DNA of 62,365 bases from a virus (lineage: Duplodnaviria; Caudoviricetes). Below, one piece after another: positions 37,666 through 47,108 of the stretch. The stretch is taken from positions 1 to 62,365 of IMG/VR virus record IMGVR_UViG_3300008624_000009; one strand, 5' to 3'. The position numbers and the translations under genes are program-made. The notes below the pieces were generated by a model. That model worked only from the letters and a program-made list of their open reading frames with translations, searched no databases and was not told the origin of the DNA. Numbering within the stretch: the first letter of the stretch is position 1; each line of letters opens with the position of its first letter.

Positions 37666-38805
37666 ATGAGTGTAACGAAGGTAACTAACGATAATATAGT
37701 TGATATTTCTGCTGAAACAGTAAGTGGTACTTTACCAGCATTAAACGCAAGTGCAGTTTTAAATATGCCTACTGGTGAATCAATCATAGAATCAGCAAAT
37801 GATCCAGCTTTTGATTCCGATTTAGAATTAGGAAAAATGTGGTTGAATACGACAAACGGTGAAATGTTTGTTTGTACTGATGCTACGCCAGGGCTCAATG
37901 TTTGGAAAAATATTGCAGCTGGTTCTGACCATGTAGAGCCTCCTTTTCAATATGCGGGTACACAAACTGCTTGGATTGTTGGTGGTCATGCAAGTATGTC
38001 TAATGTCGATAATATGGAAACATTTTCATTAACTTCTGATGGTAATGCTACAATGTTGAGTGATGTTACCATGAATAATAATTATGCAGCTACTGGGACA
38101 AAATCAAATACTAGTGGTTATATTCTCGGTGGCGGGTGGCCTATTAATAGCGATATAGAAAAATATTCTTTTGAAAGTGGTGGAGATTCAACAAATGTAG
38201 GTACACTTAATACAGGAAGATATTGTATTGCTGGATTTTCAACAGGATCACATGGTTACGGTGTTTCTGGACTTCTAACTTCAACTGGTAGTGGAGCAGT
38301 AGATAAATTTTCATATAGTAATGAAGGCAGTGCTGTTGAGGTTGGTAATATGCCTTCTACGGGTTATGCTGCTGGAGTTACCGGCCCTGATAATGGTTAT
38401 ATCTATACAGGAAACGGAAATTCAGATATTGAAAAATATACTTATGCATCTGATAGTAGTGCTGTTCATTCTACTATGTATAATACAAGACATTCCCAAG
38501 CTTGTCATTCTACTTCAACTCATGGATATAGTTCTGGTGGGCATACTGGATCATGGGTATCTACTATTGATAAATTTTCATTTGCAAATACTAGTAATGC
38601 AGTTCATATTACGGATTTAGCATATGATAAATGTAGATGTCATGGTTATTCATCTGAAACACATGGATATACAAGTGGTGGATCTTCTAATCAACCTGGC
38701 GGTCCAGAAAGATTAGAAAAATTTTCATTTGCATCTGAAACTACTGCAACAATAATTGGTTCATGTATTAATAGAGATTCTTGGTCTAGTGGTACACAAT
38801 TTTAA
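37666..38805 (+). CDS. Array member 1: conserved ~95-aa N-module plus type A propeller-like head
   Basis: WLNTTNGEMFVCTDAT..NVW module; THGY/KFSF repeats. Confidence 0.75.
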   Translation: MSVTKVTNDNIVDISAETVSGTLPALNASAVLNMPTGESIIESANDPAFDSDLELGKMWLNTTNGEMFVCTDATPGLNVWKNIAAGSDHVEPPFQYAGTQTAWIVGGHASMSNVDNMETFSLTSDGNATMLSDVTMNNNYAATGTKSNTSGYILGGGWPINSDIEKYSFESGGDSTNVGTLNTGRYCIAGFSTGSHGYGVSGLLTSTGSGAVDKFSYSNEGSAVEVGNMPSTGYAAGVTGPDNGYIYTGNGNSDIEKYTYASDSSAVHSTMYNTRHSQACHSTSTHGYSSGGHTGSWVSTIDKFSFANTSNAVHITDLAYDKCRCHGYSSETHGYTSGGSSNQPGGPERLEKFSFASETTATIIGSCINRDSWSSGTQF

Positions 38806-38820
38806 AAAAGGAAATTACAA

Positions 38821-39966
38821 ATGTCTGTAACTAAAGTAACTAACGATAATATAGTTGATGTTTCTGCTGAATTAGTAAGTGGTACTTTACCAGCATTGGA
38901 TGCAAGTGCAGTTTTAAATATGAATACTGGTGAATCAATAACAGAATCAGCAAATGATCCAGCTATAGATTCTGATTTAGGATTAGGGAAATTGTGGTTG
39001 AATACTACAAATGGCGAAATGTTTGTTTGTACTGACGCAACGGCTGGACTTAATGTTTGGAAAAATATTGCAGCTGGTGCTGATCATGTAACACCCCCAT
39101 ACTCATTTCAAGGTACTCAGAGTGGATGGGTTACTGCTGGTAATGCTGCTGATAATACTTTTGAAACTTATTCTCTTGCTTCAAATAATAATGCAGTAGC
39201 ATCTGGCAGTACTTTAGGGACTGTTACAGAAGGCCCTGTTATTTCTAAATCTAAAACAGATATGTATGTCATGGGTGGTTATGTGCCTGGGGCACTTATT
39301 ACAGATGTCCAAAAAGTTTCATTTTCAACTGCTGCAGCATCATCTACTGTTAATAATTTAAATTCAGGAAAATATTGTGGTGCTGGTGCAAGTAGTGAAC
39401 TTAGAGGGTATCAAATCGCTGGTTGTGATGGTCATGACCATGTTGAATATCAAAGTCATGTAAACGACGGCGATAGTGCTGATATTGGTAATTTATATCA
39501 AAATGAAGCTGGATTTGCAACTTCTATGTCTGGGCCAACCGAAGTTCTTACTGATGTAGGTTGGTATAATCTTAATGCCGTTCATCATTTTTCATTTGCA
39601 AATGATGCTACTAAAACCAAACATTGTGATATGGTTGGGAATGGTTATGCACAAGGCGGTTGTTCATCAACCACACATGGTTATACTGCGTCTGCTCATC
39701 AATGGCGTACTACGATTAGGAAAGTAGGATTTGCTAGTGGTTCAACACAGATTAATCATCCTACTTTAGCAGTAACAAATCAAATGGGTTCTGCTGGTTG
39801 TGGTACTTGTTCAGAAACTCATGGTTATCAAAATGGGGGTTATCCTGATAACGGAAATAGTAATACTCATTATATTGAATCATGGAGTTTTGCTAGTGAA
39901 AGTGGAGTATCACATATTGGAAATCTCACACAAAAAAGAGCTTGGAGTGTAGGAGCACAAAATTAA
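38821..39966 (+). CDS. Array member 2 (sister of member 1), type A head
   Basis: 5' DNA 38821-39090 closely matches 37666-37935. Confidence 0.75.
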   Translation: MSVTKVTNDNIVDVSAELVSGTLPALDASAVLNMNTGESITESANDPAIDSDLGLGKLWLNTTNGEMFVCTDATAGLNVWKNIAAGADHVTPPYSFQGTQSGWVTAGNAADNTFETYSLASNNNAVASGSTLGTVTEGPVISKSKTDMYVMGGYVPGALITDVQKVSFSTAAASSTVNNLNSGKYCGAGASSELRGYQIAGCDGHDHVEYQSHVNDGDSADIGNLYQNEAGFATSMSGPTEVLTDVGWYNLNAVHHFSFANDATKTKHCDMVGNGYAQGGCSSTTHGYTASAHQWRTTIRKVGFASGSTQINHPTLAVTNQMGSAGCGTCSETHGYQNGGYPDNGNSNTHYIESWSFASESGVSHIGNLTQKRAWSVGAQN

Positions 39967-39994
39967 ATTTATAAAATAAAAAGGAAAATAAAAA

Positions 39995-41197
39995 ATGGCT
40001 GTAACCAAAATCACAAAAGAAAATATTAGTGATGTATCAGCAACTAAATTAACTGGTTCACTTCCTGCTATTGATGGACAATACATTACGAATGTACCAG
40101 CTGGTGAGGTAATGATAAAATCAGCAGCAAATCCAACTAATACCTCTAATCATTCTGCTGGAACCATGTGGGTAAATACAACAAATGGCGAAATCTTTGT
40201 TTGTACTGATGCTTCGACAGATGAAAATACTTGGACAAATGTTGGGCCTGGAACAACTGAAGTTGCAACAGTAGTGTGGACATATCAGGGAACACAATAT
40301 GGTTATGTAGTTGGGGGTTATCATGGTAGTCCCGGCCGTAATGATGAAATCGAAAGATATTCTTTTACTTCTAATAATGTTAATAATAATATTGGTAGTT
40401 TGATAGCACTTAATACAGTTCCTAGTGGACATAGTAGTACTGATTATGGATGGGTAACTGGTGGATGGAATGGTGCTGATATTACTACTATCGAAAAGTT
40501 TTCTTGGGCTTCATCAGCAAGTTCTGCTGCAACTGGAGCAACTGTTGGTGGTAATATGTCTTTGGCTACTGCAGCTAGTACTCAGACTGGGACTACTGCT
40601 TATTTAACAGGTGGATTTGATAATCCGAATGTTACAACTCATCATACTACTAGGAAATTTTCATTTGATTCAACAACAGATGCTGTTATCGTAGGAACTA
40701 TGGCATTTTCTGGTGGAATTTATCACAATATTGGTTGGTCTTCAGATACACATGGTTATTCTGCAGGCGGATATCCTTATGGGCGTTCTCCAAATACTGT
40801 TTCTCACATTGAAAAATTTGCATTTGCAACAGATACACAACAAGCTGTTGGTTGTGGAGATCTTGCTTCACCAGCTTCATATGTTTCTGGTTCAAACTCT
40901 ACAACGTATGGTTATCGGGATGGTGGATGGAATGGTGGTAGTTATACAGCAAATATGGAAGCTTATTCTTTTGCATCAGAAGGTACTGCTTCTACAATAG
41001 GTGTTCTTACTTATGCTCGTAATTGGTCTGGTGGCTCATCATCAACTACGCATGGTTATCATCATGGCGGTAGAAATACTAGTGGTACTTATATGACAGA
41101 TGTTCACCAATATTCATATGCATCACACGGTAATGCTAATAATATAATGAATGTAGCAACAGCACGTGGCGGAGTTCCTAGTAATATACAATTTTAA
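39995..41197 (+). CDS. Array member 3, type A head
   Basis: Same architecture. Confidence 0.75.
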   Translation: MAVTKITKENISDVSATKLTGSLPAIDGQYITNVPAGEVMIKSAANPTNTSNHSAGTMWVNTTNGEIFVCTDASTDENTWTNVGPGTTEVATVVWTYQGTQYGYVVGGYHGSPGRNDEIERYSFTSNNVNNNIGSLIALNTVPSGHSSTDYGWVTGGWNGADITTIEKFSWASSASSAATGATVGGNMSLATAASTQTGTTAYLTGGFDNPNVTTHHTTRKFSFDSTTDAVIVGTMAFSGGIYHNIGWSSDTHGYSAGGYPYGRSPNTVSHIEKFAFATDTQQAVGCGDLASPASYVSGSNSTTYGYRDGGWNGGSYTANMEAYSFASEGTASTIGVLTYARNWSGGSSSTTHGYHHGGRNTSGTYMTDVHQYSYASHGNANNIMNVATARGGVPSNIQF

Positions 41198-41218
41198 TAA
41201 AATAAAAAGGAAAGTAAA

Positions 41219-42454
41219 ATGGCTGTAACCAAAATCACAAAAGAAAATATTAGTGATGTATCAGCAACTAAATTAACTGGTACGCTTCCTGCTATTGATG
41301 GACAATTTCTGTCTAATTTACCAGCTGGTGAGATAATGGTGAAATCAGCATCAAATCCAACTAATACTGCAAATAATTCTGCTGGAACCATGTGGATAAA
41401 TACTACAACTGGCGAAATGTTTGTTTGTACTGATGCGACAACAGATGCTAATGCTTGGACAAATGTTGGGCCCGGTGAAACAGAAGTTACAACATCATAT
41501 GCTCCTGCTGGTGAACAAGGAATGACATATGGATATGTGTGTGGATCACATACTGGAGCAGGGATGGATCCATTGGCAGCAATCGACAAATATGCTTTTG
41601 CAAGTGCTAGTAATGGAATTGCTAATGTTGGTTCTCTTTCTACGACCAGAAATGGGCCAAATACTAATCATTCATGGACTCATGCTTTTATATCAGCAGG
41701 TGCTCAAAATGGGAATGATTCAACCATAGAAACTTTTGCATTTGCTTCTGATGGTGCTTGTACTAATTGGGCTGACATGGCTGCCCATACTCAGTATGGT
41801 TATGGTTGTGGTTCTAGTGATAAAGATGGTGGATATGGTTATTTAAATGGGGGAAGAAGAACAAGTGGTAGTGGGCCATCATATACAACTAATAAAGTTT
41901 CTAGGTTTCCATTTGCATCTCAATCAAATGCTACTAATATTGGTACTTTGCAAATGTGGCAAGATTGCCCAGGCAATACAGTAGATAGGGTTAATGGTTA
42001 TGCTAATTATCATGGTGGTGCGGATGCGGGTTCTAATCATTTACCAAGTTATAATTATAGATATGCATTTGCATCAAGTGTTAGTTCATCTCAATTTTCT
42101 AATATGTTATCTGGAAATTGGCATTATTATGGAGAAGGAAGTCAAAGTGCTACTGATGGTTTTTTAGCTGGTGGATATGAACCATCCACAGCTAATTATA
42201 CAGCAGCTCAAATTCAACAACATTCATTTGCAAGTCTTTCTAATAGTGTTCTATGGGGTTCATTAACACATGGCAGATATGCTGCAGCGTGTCATTCATC
42301 ACCCGATCATGGATGGAGTGCTCATGGAATGGCAGGTTCGGGATGGAATCAAAATTGTCTGGATAAATTTTCATTTGCTTCATCTGGTAATTCTATTGAT
42401 GTGGGAGATATGTTATTTCAACCTAGATGTTATAGTCCTGGCGTTCACGTTTAA
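41219..42454 (+). CDS. Array member 4 (sister of member 3), type A head
   Basis: 5' DNA 41219-41494 closely matches 39995-40270. Confidence 0.75.
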   Translation: MAVTKITKENISDVSATKLTGTLPAIDGQFLSNLPAGEIMVKSASNPTNTANNSAGTMWINTTTGEMFVCTDATTDANAWTNVGPGETEVTTSYAPAGEQGMTYGYVCGSHTGAGMDPLAAIDKYAFASASNGIANVGSLSTTRNGPNTNHSWTHAFISAGAQNGNDSTIETFAFASDGACTNWADMAAHTQYGYGCGSSDKDGGYGYLNGGRRTSGSGPSYTTNKVSRFPFASQSNATNIGTLQMWQDCPGNTVDRVNGYANYHGGADAGSNHLPSYNYRYAFASSVSSSQFSNMLSGNWHYYGEGSQSATDGFLAGGYEPSTANYTAAQIQQHSFASLSNSVLWGSLTHGRYAAACHSSPDHGWSAHGMAGSGWNQNCLDKFSFASSGNSIDVGDMLFQPRCYSPGVHV

Positions 42455-42478
42455 TTTTAATAAAAAAGGAAATAAAAA

Positions 42479-43672
42479 ATGTCGTCAACTAAAATACAAG
42501 ATACTGTTATAGAAAGTTTAGATGCTAGTAAACTTACAGGAACATTTGGAGCAATAGATGGAAGTAATTTAACAAATTTGCCTCCATCTGGTGAAGTTAT
42601 AACAAAAGATACAGTTAATCCAGAAGCAAATAGTAATCCAGCAACTGGTGTAGGTACACTTTGGTTAAATACGCAAGATGGTGAAATGTATTGTTGCACA
42701 GATGCTACTACTGATGCTAATGTTTGGAAAACTGTTAGTACTTCTTCTGGTTCAGGTGGTTCTGGTTCTCCCGCTCCGGCAAATGAATCTTTTGTGATGG
42801 GTGTAAGTGATGGATATATGTCTGGTGGAGAAAATGATGCAACAGGTATAGATGTTCACAAAGTATCTTTTTCAAGTGATGGTGATGCTGCAGATCATGG
42901 TGATTTAACAGAAGCAAGAAATGCTGTTTGTGGATCCTCATCTGGTACACATGGATATATGATGGGTGGCTATAAACCCGGCTATCCTAGTAGTGCATCA
43001 ACCAGAGTTGATAAATTTGCTTTTGCTAGTAATGCATTTGGTACACAAGTATCAAATTTGCCTTGGGGTGATTTTAATTGTGCTGGACATTCATCATGGG
43101 CAGAAAATAAAAGTTTTATGAGTGGTGGATCTTATTATGGTCATGCTGTTCTTTCTTGGGGTCATGCTACAGACAATTCGATAGGACATCCACTAAACTT
43201 ATCAGGTACTAAAAATGAACACGCAGGTACTAGTTCAGCTACACATGGTTATTTAGCCGGAGGCAATCCTAATAATGGTATGCAAAAATTTCAATTTGCA
43301 AGTGGATATGCTGTTTCTGCCGGTATTGGAAATTTACACACTTATGTTCAGGAAATGGGTTCTTCAAATTCAGCTGACTGGGGTTATACTCATGCTGGTC
43401 ATGATGGAAGTTGGAACAATACAGCTACAATTCAAAAACACTCTTTTGTTTCAGATGGAACTGTTGGATTTGTTGGCAATTTATCAGAACCAAAAAATGC
43501 AAGTGGTGGTTTTTCTTCAACAACATATGGTTATTGTGGAGGCGGAAAACCAGCTGCTGGTGGACATACTGATAGAATTGAAAAATATCCTTTTGCTTCA
43601 GATTCAGGTGCTAGTACTGTTGGCGTTTTAATGAATCAATTACAACATCTTCCTGCTGGAAATCAAGTTTAA
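42479..43672 (+). CDS. Array member 5, type A head
   Basis: Same architecture with a Gly/Ser linker. Confidence 0.75.
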   Translation: MSSTKIQDTVIESLDASKLTGTFGAIDGSNLTNLPPSGEVITKDTVNPEANSNPATGVGTLWLNTQDGEMYCCTDATTDANVWKTVSTSSGSGGSGSPAPANESFVMGVSDGYMSGGENDATGIDVHKVSFSSDGDAADHGDLTEARNAVCGSSSGTHGYMMGGYKPGYPSSASTRVDKFAFASNAFGTQVSNLPWGDFNCAGHSSWAENKSFMSGGSYYGHAVLSWGHATDNSIGHPLNLSGTKNEHAGTSSATHGYLAGGNPNNGMQKFQFASGYAVSAGIGNLHTYVQEMGSSNSADWGYTHAGHDGSWNNTATIQKHSFVSDGTVGFVGNLSEPKNASGGFSSTTYGYCGGGKPAAGGHTDRIEKYPFASDSGASTVGVLMNQLQHLPAGNQV

Positions 43673-43696
43673 ATTATAAAAAAAAGGAAATAACAA

Positions 43697-44941
43697 ATGG
43701 CTGTAACTAAAATAACAGATGAAAATATAGTTGATGTTGATGCTTCAAAACTAGTAGGTTCTTTTGGAACGCTGGATGGTTCTAATTTGACTAATGTAAC
43801 AGTAGGTAAAACAGTTACTAAAGCAACTAGTGATCCAACACAGGAAACAAATCCTGCTGATGGCGTAGGAACATTATATTTGAATACTTCTAGTGGTGAG
43901 CTATTCTGTTGTGTAGATGCTACTACGGATTTTAATGTTTGGAAAAATACTGGATTAGGTACAACAGGTACAATAAAATATGTAGTTCCGAACAATTATG
44001 TATATCAAGGAACACAGAATGGTTATTCATTGGGTGGGCATTTAGATTTTGGTGATATTCAAAAGTTTTCATTCACATCTAATGGAAACAGTACAACTAT
44101 TGGCCAATTAGCTTGGTCTACTTATAATGGTGTAGGAAGTCAGAGTGAAACAGATGGTTATAAATGTAAAGGAACAGATTGGGGTGGTACACCATCTTCA
44201 CGATATGATATTCAAATGTTTTCATTTGCTTCTGAAGGTAATTCAGTAGCTACTGGATTTTATGCTTTGGATGCGGGTACTGAATATTCACATGGTGGCT
44301 CTTCTAGTTCCACAGACGGAATCCATTGTTATTTTACTGGTGGTTGGAATAGTACTCTCGGTGGTGGTATTACTGCTATTCAAAGTTTTTCATTTCCTGC
44401 AACATCTGATGCTATTGATGTTGGTGATTTAAGTACAGATGCCAATTCTGGCTGGGGTTGGTCATATGATAATACCTATGGTTATCATGCTGGTGGTTGG
44501 GGAGATAGTAATGGGGGTGAAAATGTAAAAAGAATACAAAAATTTCCATTTGCTCAATCTGGTATAGCAGGTTCAGTTATCAGTTCTGAATTAACAGTTG
44601 CAAGACGGCATTGTAACGGACAAGGTATATGTTCAACAACTCATGGTTTCGTAGCGGGTGGAGATACTGGGAATAATAATGAAACAAATGTTATTGATAA
44701 AATGTCATTTGCAACAGAAGCAACTATGACAGATCATGGCGATTTAAATTATGCTGTTTCTTATATGGCTGGAAACGCAAGTTCAACAACTGATGGCTAT
44801 GTTTTTGGTGGACAGTATATGCCAAATTATACGAAAGTAGATCACATTCAAAAATTTGCATATTCGTCTAATACAACTGCTAGTGATATTGGAAATATAT
44901 CAGCGGGTCCTCTTAAATCAGTTGCAGGATGTCATAACTAA
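43697..44941 (+). CDS. Array member 6, type A head
   Basis: Same architecture. Confidence 0.75.
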   Translation: MAVTKITDENIVDVDASKLVGSFGTLDGSNLTNVTVGKTVTKATSDPTQETNPADGVGTLYLNTSSGELFCCVDATTDFNVWKNTGLGTTGTIKYVVPNNYVYQGTQNGYSLGGHLDFGDIQKFSFTSNGNSTTIGQLAWSTYNGVGSQSETDGYKCKGTDWGGTPSSRYDIQMFSFASEGNSVATGFYALDAGTEYSHGGSSSSTDGIHCYFTGGWNSTLGGGITAIQSFSFPATSDAIDVGDLSTDANSGWGWSYDNTYGYHAGGWGDSNGGENVKRIQKFPFAQSGIAGSVISSELTVARRHCNGQGICSTTHGFVAGGDTGNNNETNVIDKMSFATEATMTDHGDLNYAVSYMAGNASSTTDGYVFGGQYMPNYTKVDHIQKFAYSSNTTASDIGNISAGPLKSVAGCHN

Positions 44942-44966
44942 TAAGTCTTTAAAAAGGAAATAACAA

Positions 44967-46178
44967 ATGTCTGTAACTAAAGTAACAGATGAAAATATAG
45001 TTGATGTTGATGCTTCAAAACTAGTAGGTTCTTTTGGAAATGTTGATGGTTCTAATTTGACTAATGTACCTCTTGGCAAATCAATTACTAAAACAACTAG
45101 TGATCCAACACAGGAAACAAATCCTGCTGATGGCGTAGGAACATTATATTTGAATACTTCTAGTGGTGAGTTATTCTGTTGCGTAGATGCTACTACGGAT
45201 TTTAATGTTTGGAAAAATACTGGATTAGGTACAACAGGTAAGATTGAATTTTCTTCTGGGCCACAATATTTTGGAAATAGAGGATTATTTTTTGGTGGTA
45301 ACTGGACTCAGATGACAACTGATGCTATTCAATATCTTAGTATACCATCATTAAGTAATACAACTACATTTGGTGATTTAAATAGGTATCATCAATCAAG
45401 GCCTGGATGTTTATCTAATGGAACACGAGCAGTTTGTGTTGCTGGTAATATGGATGGGCCGAATACAGGAATGGATTATGTTACAGTAGCAACACCTGCT
45501 ACTTCACAAGAGTTTGGAACATTTGCTTATGCTAATACTTATCTTGATGCTGTAAGTAATGGAACAAGAGGACTTATTACTCCTGGCGCATATGGTAGTG
45601 CTAGTATGCCTATGGAATATATTACTGTTCAAACTAATGGTAATTCTACAACTTTTGGTTCTGTTGTATTTAGTAATGGTTCATATGATCAGCATTGTGG
45701 ATGGATGCCAGTTGTTGGTAATGGTACTAGAGCAATAATGTTGGGTGGTTATCCACATACTCCAAATGGCCCTCTCATTGGTGGAATTATAAGTTATGTA
45801 GTTATAGCTACTCAGAGTAATGCATCTCAATTTGGTACTTTAAATCAATATAGATACGGTGCAGCAGGATTAAATGATAGAACTTATGGTGTATGTTGGG
45901 GTGGACAATATTATGATAATGGTTATATTCCAGCTGGAAATGAATGGATAACAATGGCAACAAATGGTAATGCACTAGTATTTGGTGGAGTAACTGTGAG
46001 CCATCAAAACGATACAGGTGCCTGTTCAAATTCAGAAAGAGGTGTAATACAAATGTATACTAATAATGAAATTGAATATATGACAATGGCAAATCCAAAT
46101 GCTAATGCTGTTGTATTTGGACAAAATTCTATATCATCTAATCAAGCTGGTTGTGGTGCAACATCAGGTAATGCATAA
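44967..46178 (+). CDS. Array member 7 (sister of member 6), type B head
   Basis: 44951-45240 closely matches 43681-43970; head repeats are SNGTRA/G...M.Y.T.AT..N...FG. Confidence 0.75.
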   Translation: MSVTKVTDENIVDVDASKLVGSFGNVDGSNLTNVPLGKSITKTTSDPTQETNPADGVGTLYLNTSSGELFCCVDATTDFNVWKNTGLGTTGKIEFSSGPQYFGNRGLFFGGNWTQMTTDAIQYLSIPSLSNTTTFGDLNRYHQSRPGCLSNGTRAVCVAGNMDGPNTGMDYVTVATPATSQEFGTFAYANTYLDAVSNGTRGLITPGAYGSASMPMEYITVQTNGNSTTFGSVVFSNGSYDQHCGWMPVVGNGTRAIMLGGYPHTPNGPLIGGIISYVVIATQSNASQFGTLNQYRYGAAGLNDRTYGVCWGGQYYDNGYIPAGNEWITMATNGNALVFGGVTVSHQNDTGACSNSERGVIQMYTNNEIEYMTMANPNANAVVFGQNSISSNQAGCGATSGNA

Positions 46179-46179
46179 T

Positions 46180-46220
46180 TATAAATAATGCAGATAAGAG
46201 TAAAATGAGTATTATAAATA
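46180..46220 (+). promoter_or_regulatory. Two T4-type late promoters
   Basis: TATAAATA at 46180-46187 and 46213-46220. Confidence 0.75.
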
Positions 46221-46255
46221 CAAGTAATTATTAAATTATTTTTTTAGGAGTCAAC

Positions 46256-47092
46256 ATGAGTGAAGAAAAAAGTGAATCAAAAGATTTAGTTGTAAATACA
46301 TTTAAAAATGATTCTCTTGCAACAAAGTATGAATCATATGGTGGAAAATCATTAGTTCAAAATTTACAAAATGCTGAACTTGCAGTAAATAAGGTTAAAT
46401 ATACAGAACGCATTTGGGATAGGTCAAGAAGTCAATTTATGTTGAAACACTTGACTTGTTCACAAGCTGATGATTGGACAAGACTACGACAAGTCTCTGC
46501 TGAGATGGCAAGTAAACGAATGGCTCTTAATGAAGCAAAATTTGGTTACATGGAAGCAGTTACAAAAACTAAAATCAAAAGACAAAAAATTGATCAAGAG
46601 GATGATCCTCTTAAAAGAGAATTACTTGAAATTCAAGTTGCTAGAATGGAATCAGGTAATGCAGAGCTTTTGGTTAAAGTTGAAGGTGCTTTAAAAGAAA
46701 TTGAAACTCTTGGGCAAATGCATGACCAGTTGAAAGATATTATTGGTGATGTTTCTGAGGAAGAATTTGAAAAAGCTCAAGTTTTATCACATATTAAACG
46801 TGCTATGACACAAGCAATTCGTGAAGTTAGGGAACGGGGAACTATTGGTTGTGGTAATCAGGAATATTTAGAACAAGTTGGTGTTTCTGTTACAAATGCA
46901 CATAAGGAAATAAGAGAGTTTTTAGCACAAGAAGCAAGTACGGGTGTTGCTAATACTTCATTATTACACTCTTTTGTTAATGATTTTGCAGATAGGCATG
47001 AAGGAGTAGCAATACAACAAGCAGACTTTTTAGGATTTTCATTAGATGCAAATAAATTATTAACGTACACACCAGAAGAAGAAAACCAATAA
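46256..47092 (+). CDS. Coiled-coil hypothetical protein, 278 aa (paralog of 55137..55973)
   Basis: Helical and charged; LRQ..AE...KR.AL.EA.F, ALKEI, EYLEQ.G. Confidence 0.8.
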   Translation: MSEEKSESKDLVVNTFKNDSLATKYESYGGKSLVQNLQNAELAVNKVKYTERIWDRSRSQFMLKHLTCSQADDWTRLRQVSAEMASKRMALNEAKFGYMEAVTKTKIKRQKIDQEDDPLKRELLEIQVARMESGNAELLVKVEGALKEIETLGQMHDQLKDIIGDVSEEEFEKAQVLSHIKRAMTQAIREVRERGTIGCGNQEYLEQVGVSVTNAHKEIREFLAQEASTGVANTSLLHSFVNDFADRHEGVAIQQADFLGFSLDANKLLTYTPEEENQ

Positions 47093-47108
47093 AAAAGGAT
47101 TTATACAA

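Noticed and set aside
37666-46178. Invertible shufflon-type tail fibre switch
   Set aside because: All cassettes are in the same orientation with their own RBS and start codon; I saw no inverted crossover sites or recombinase.
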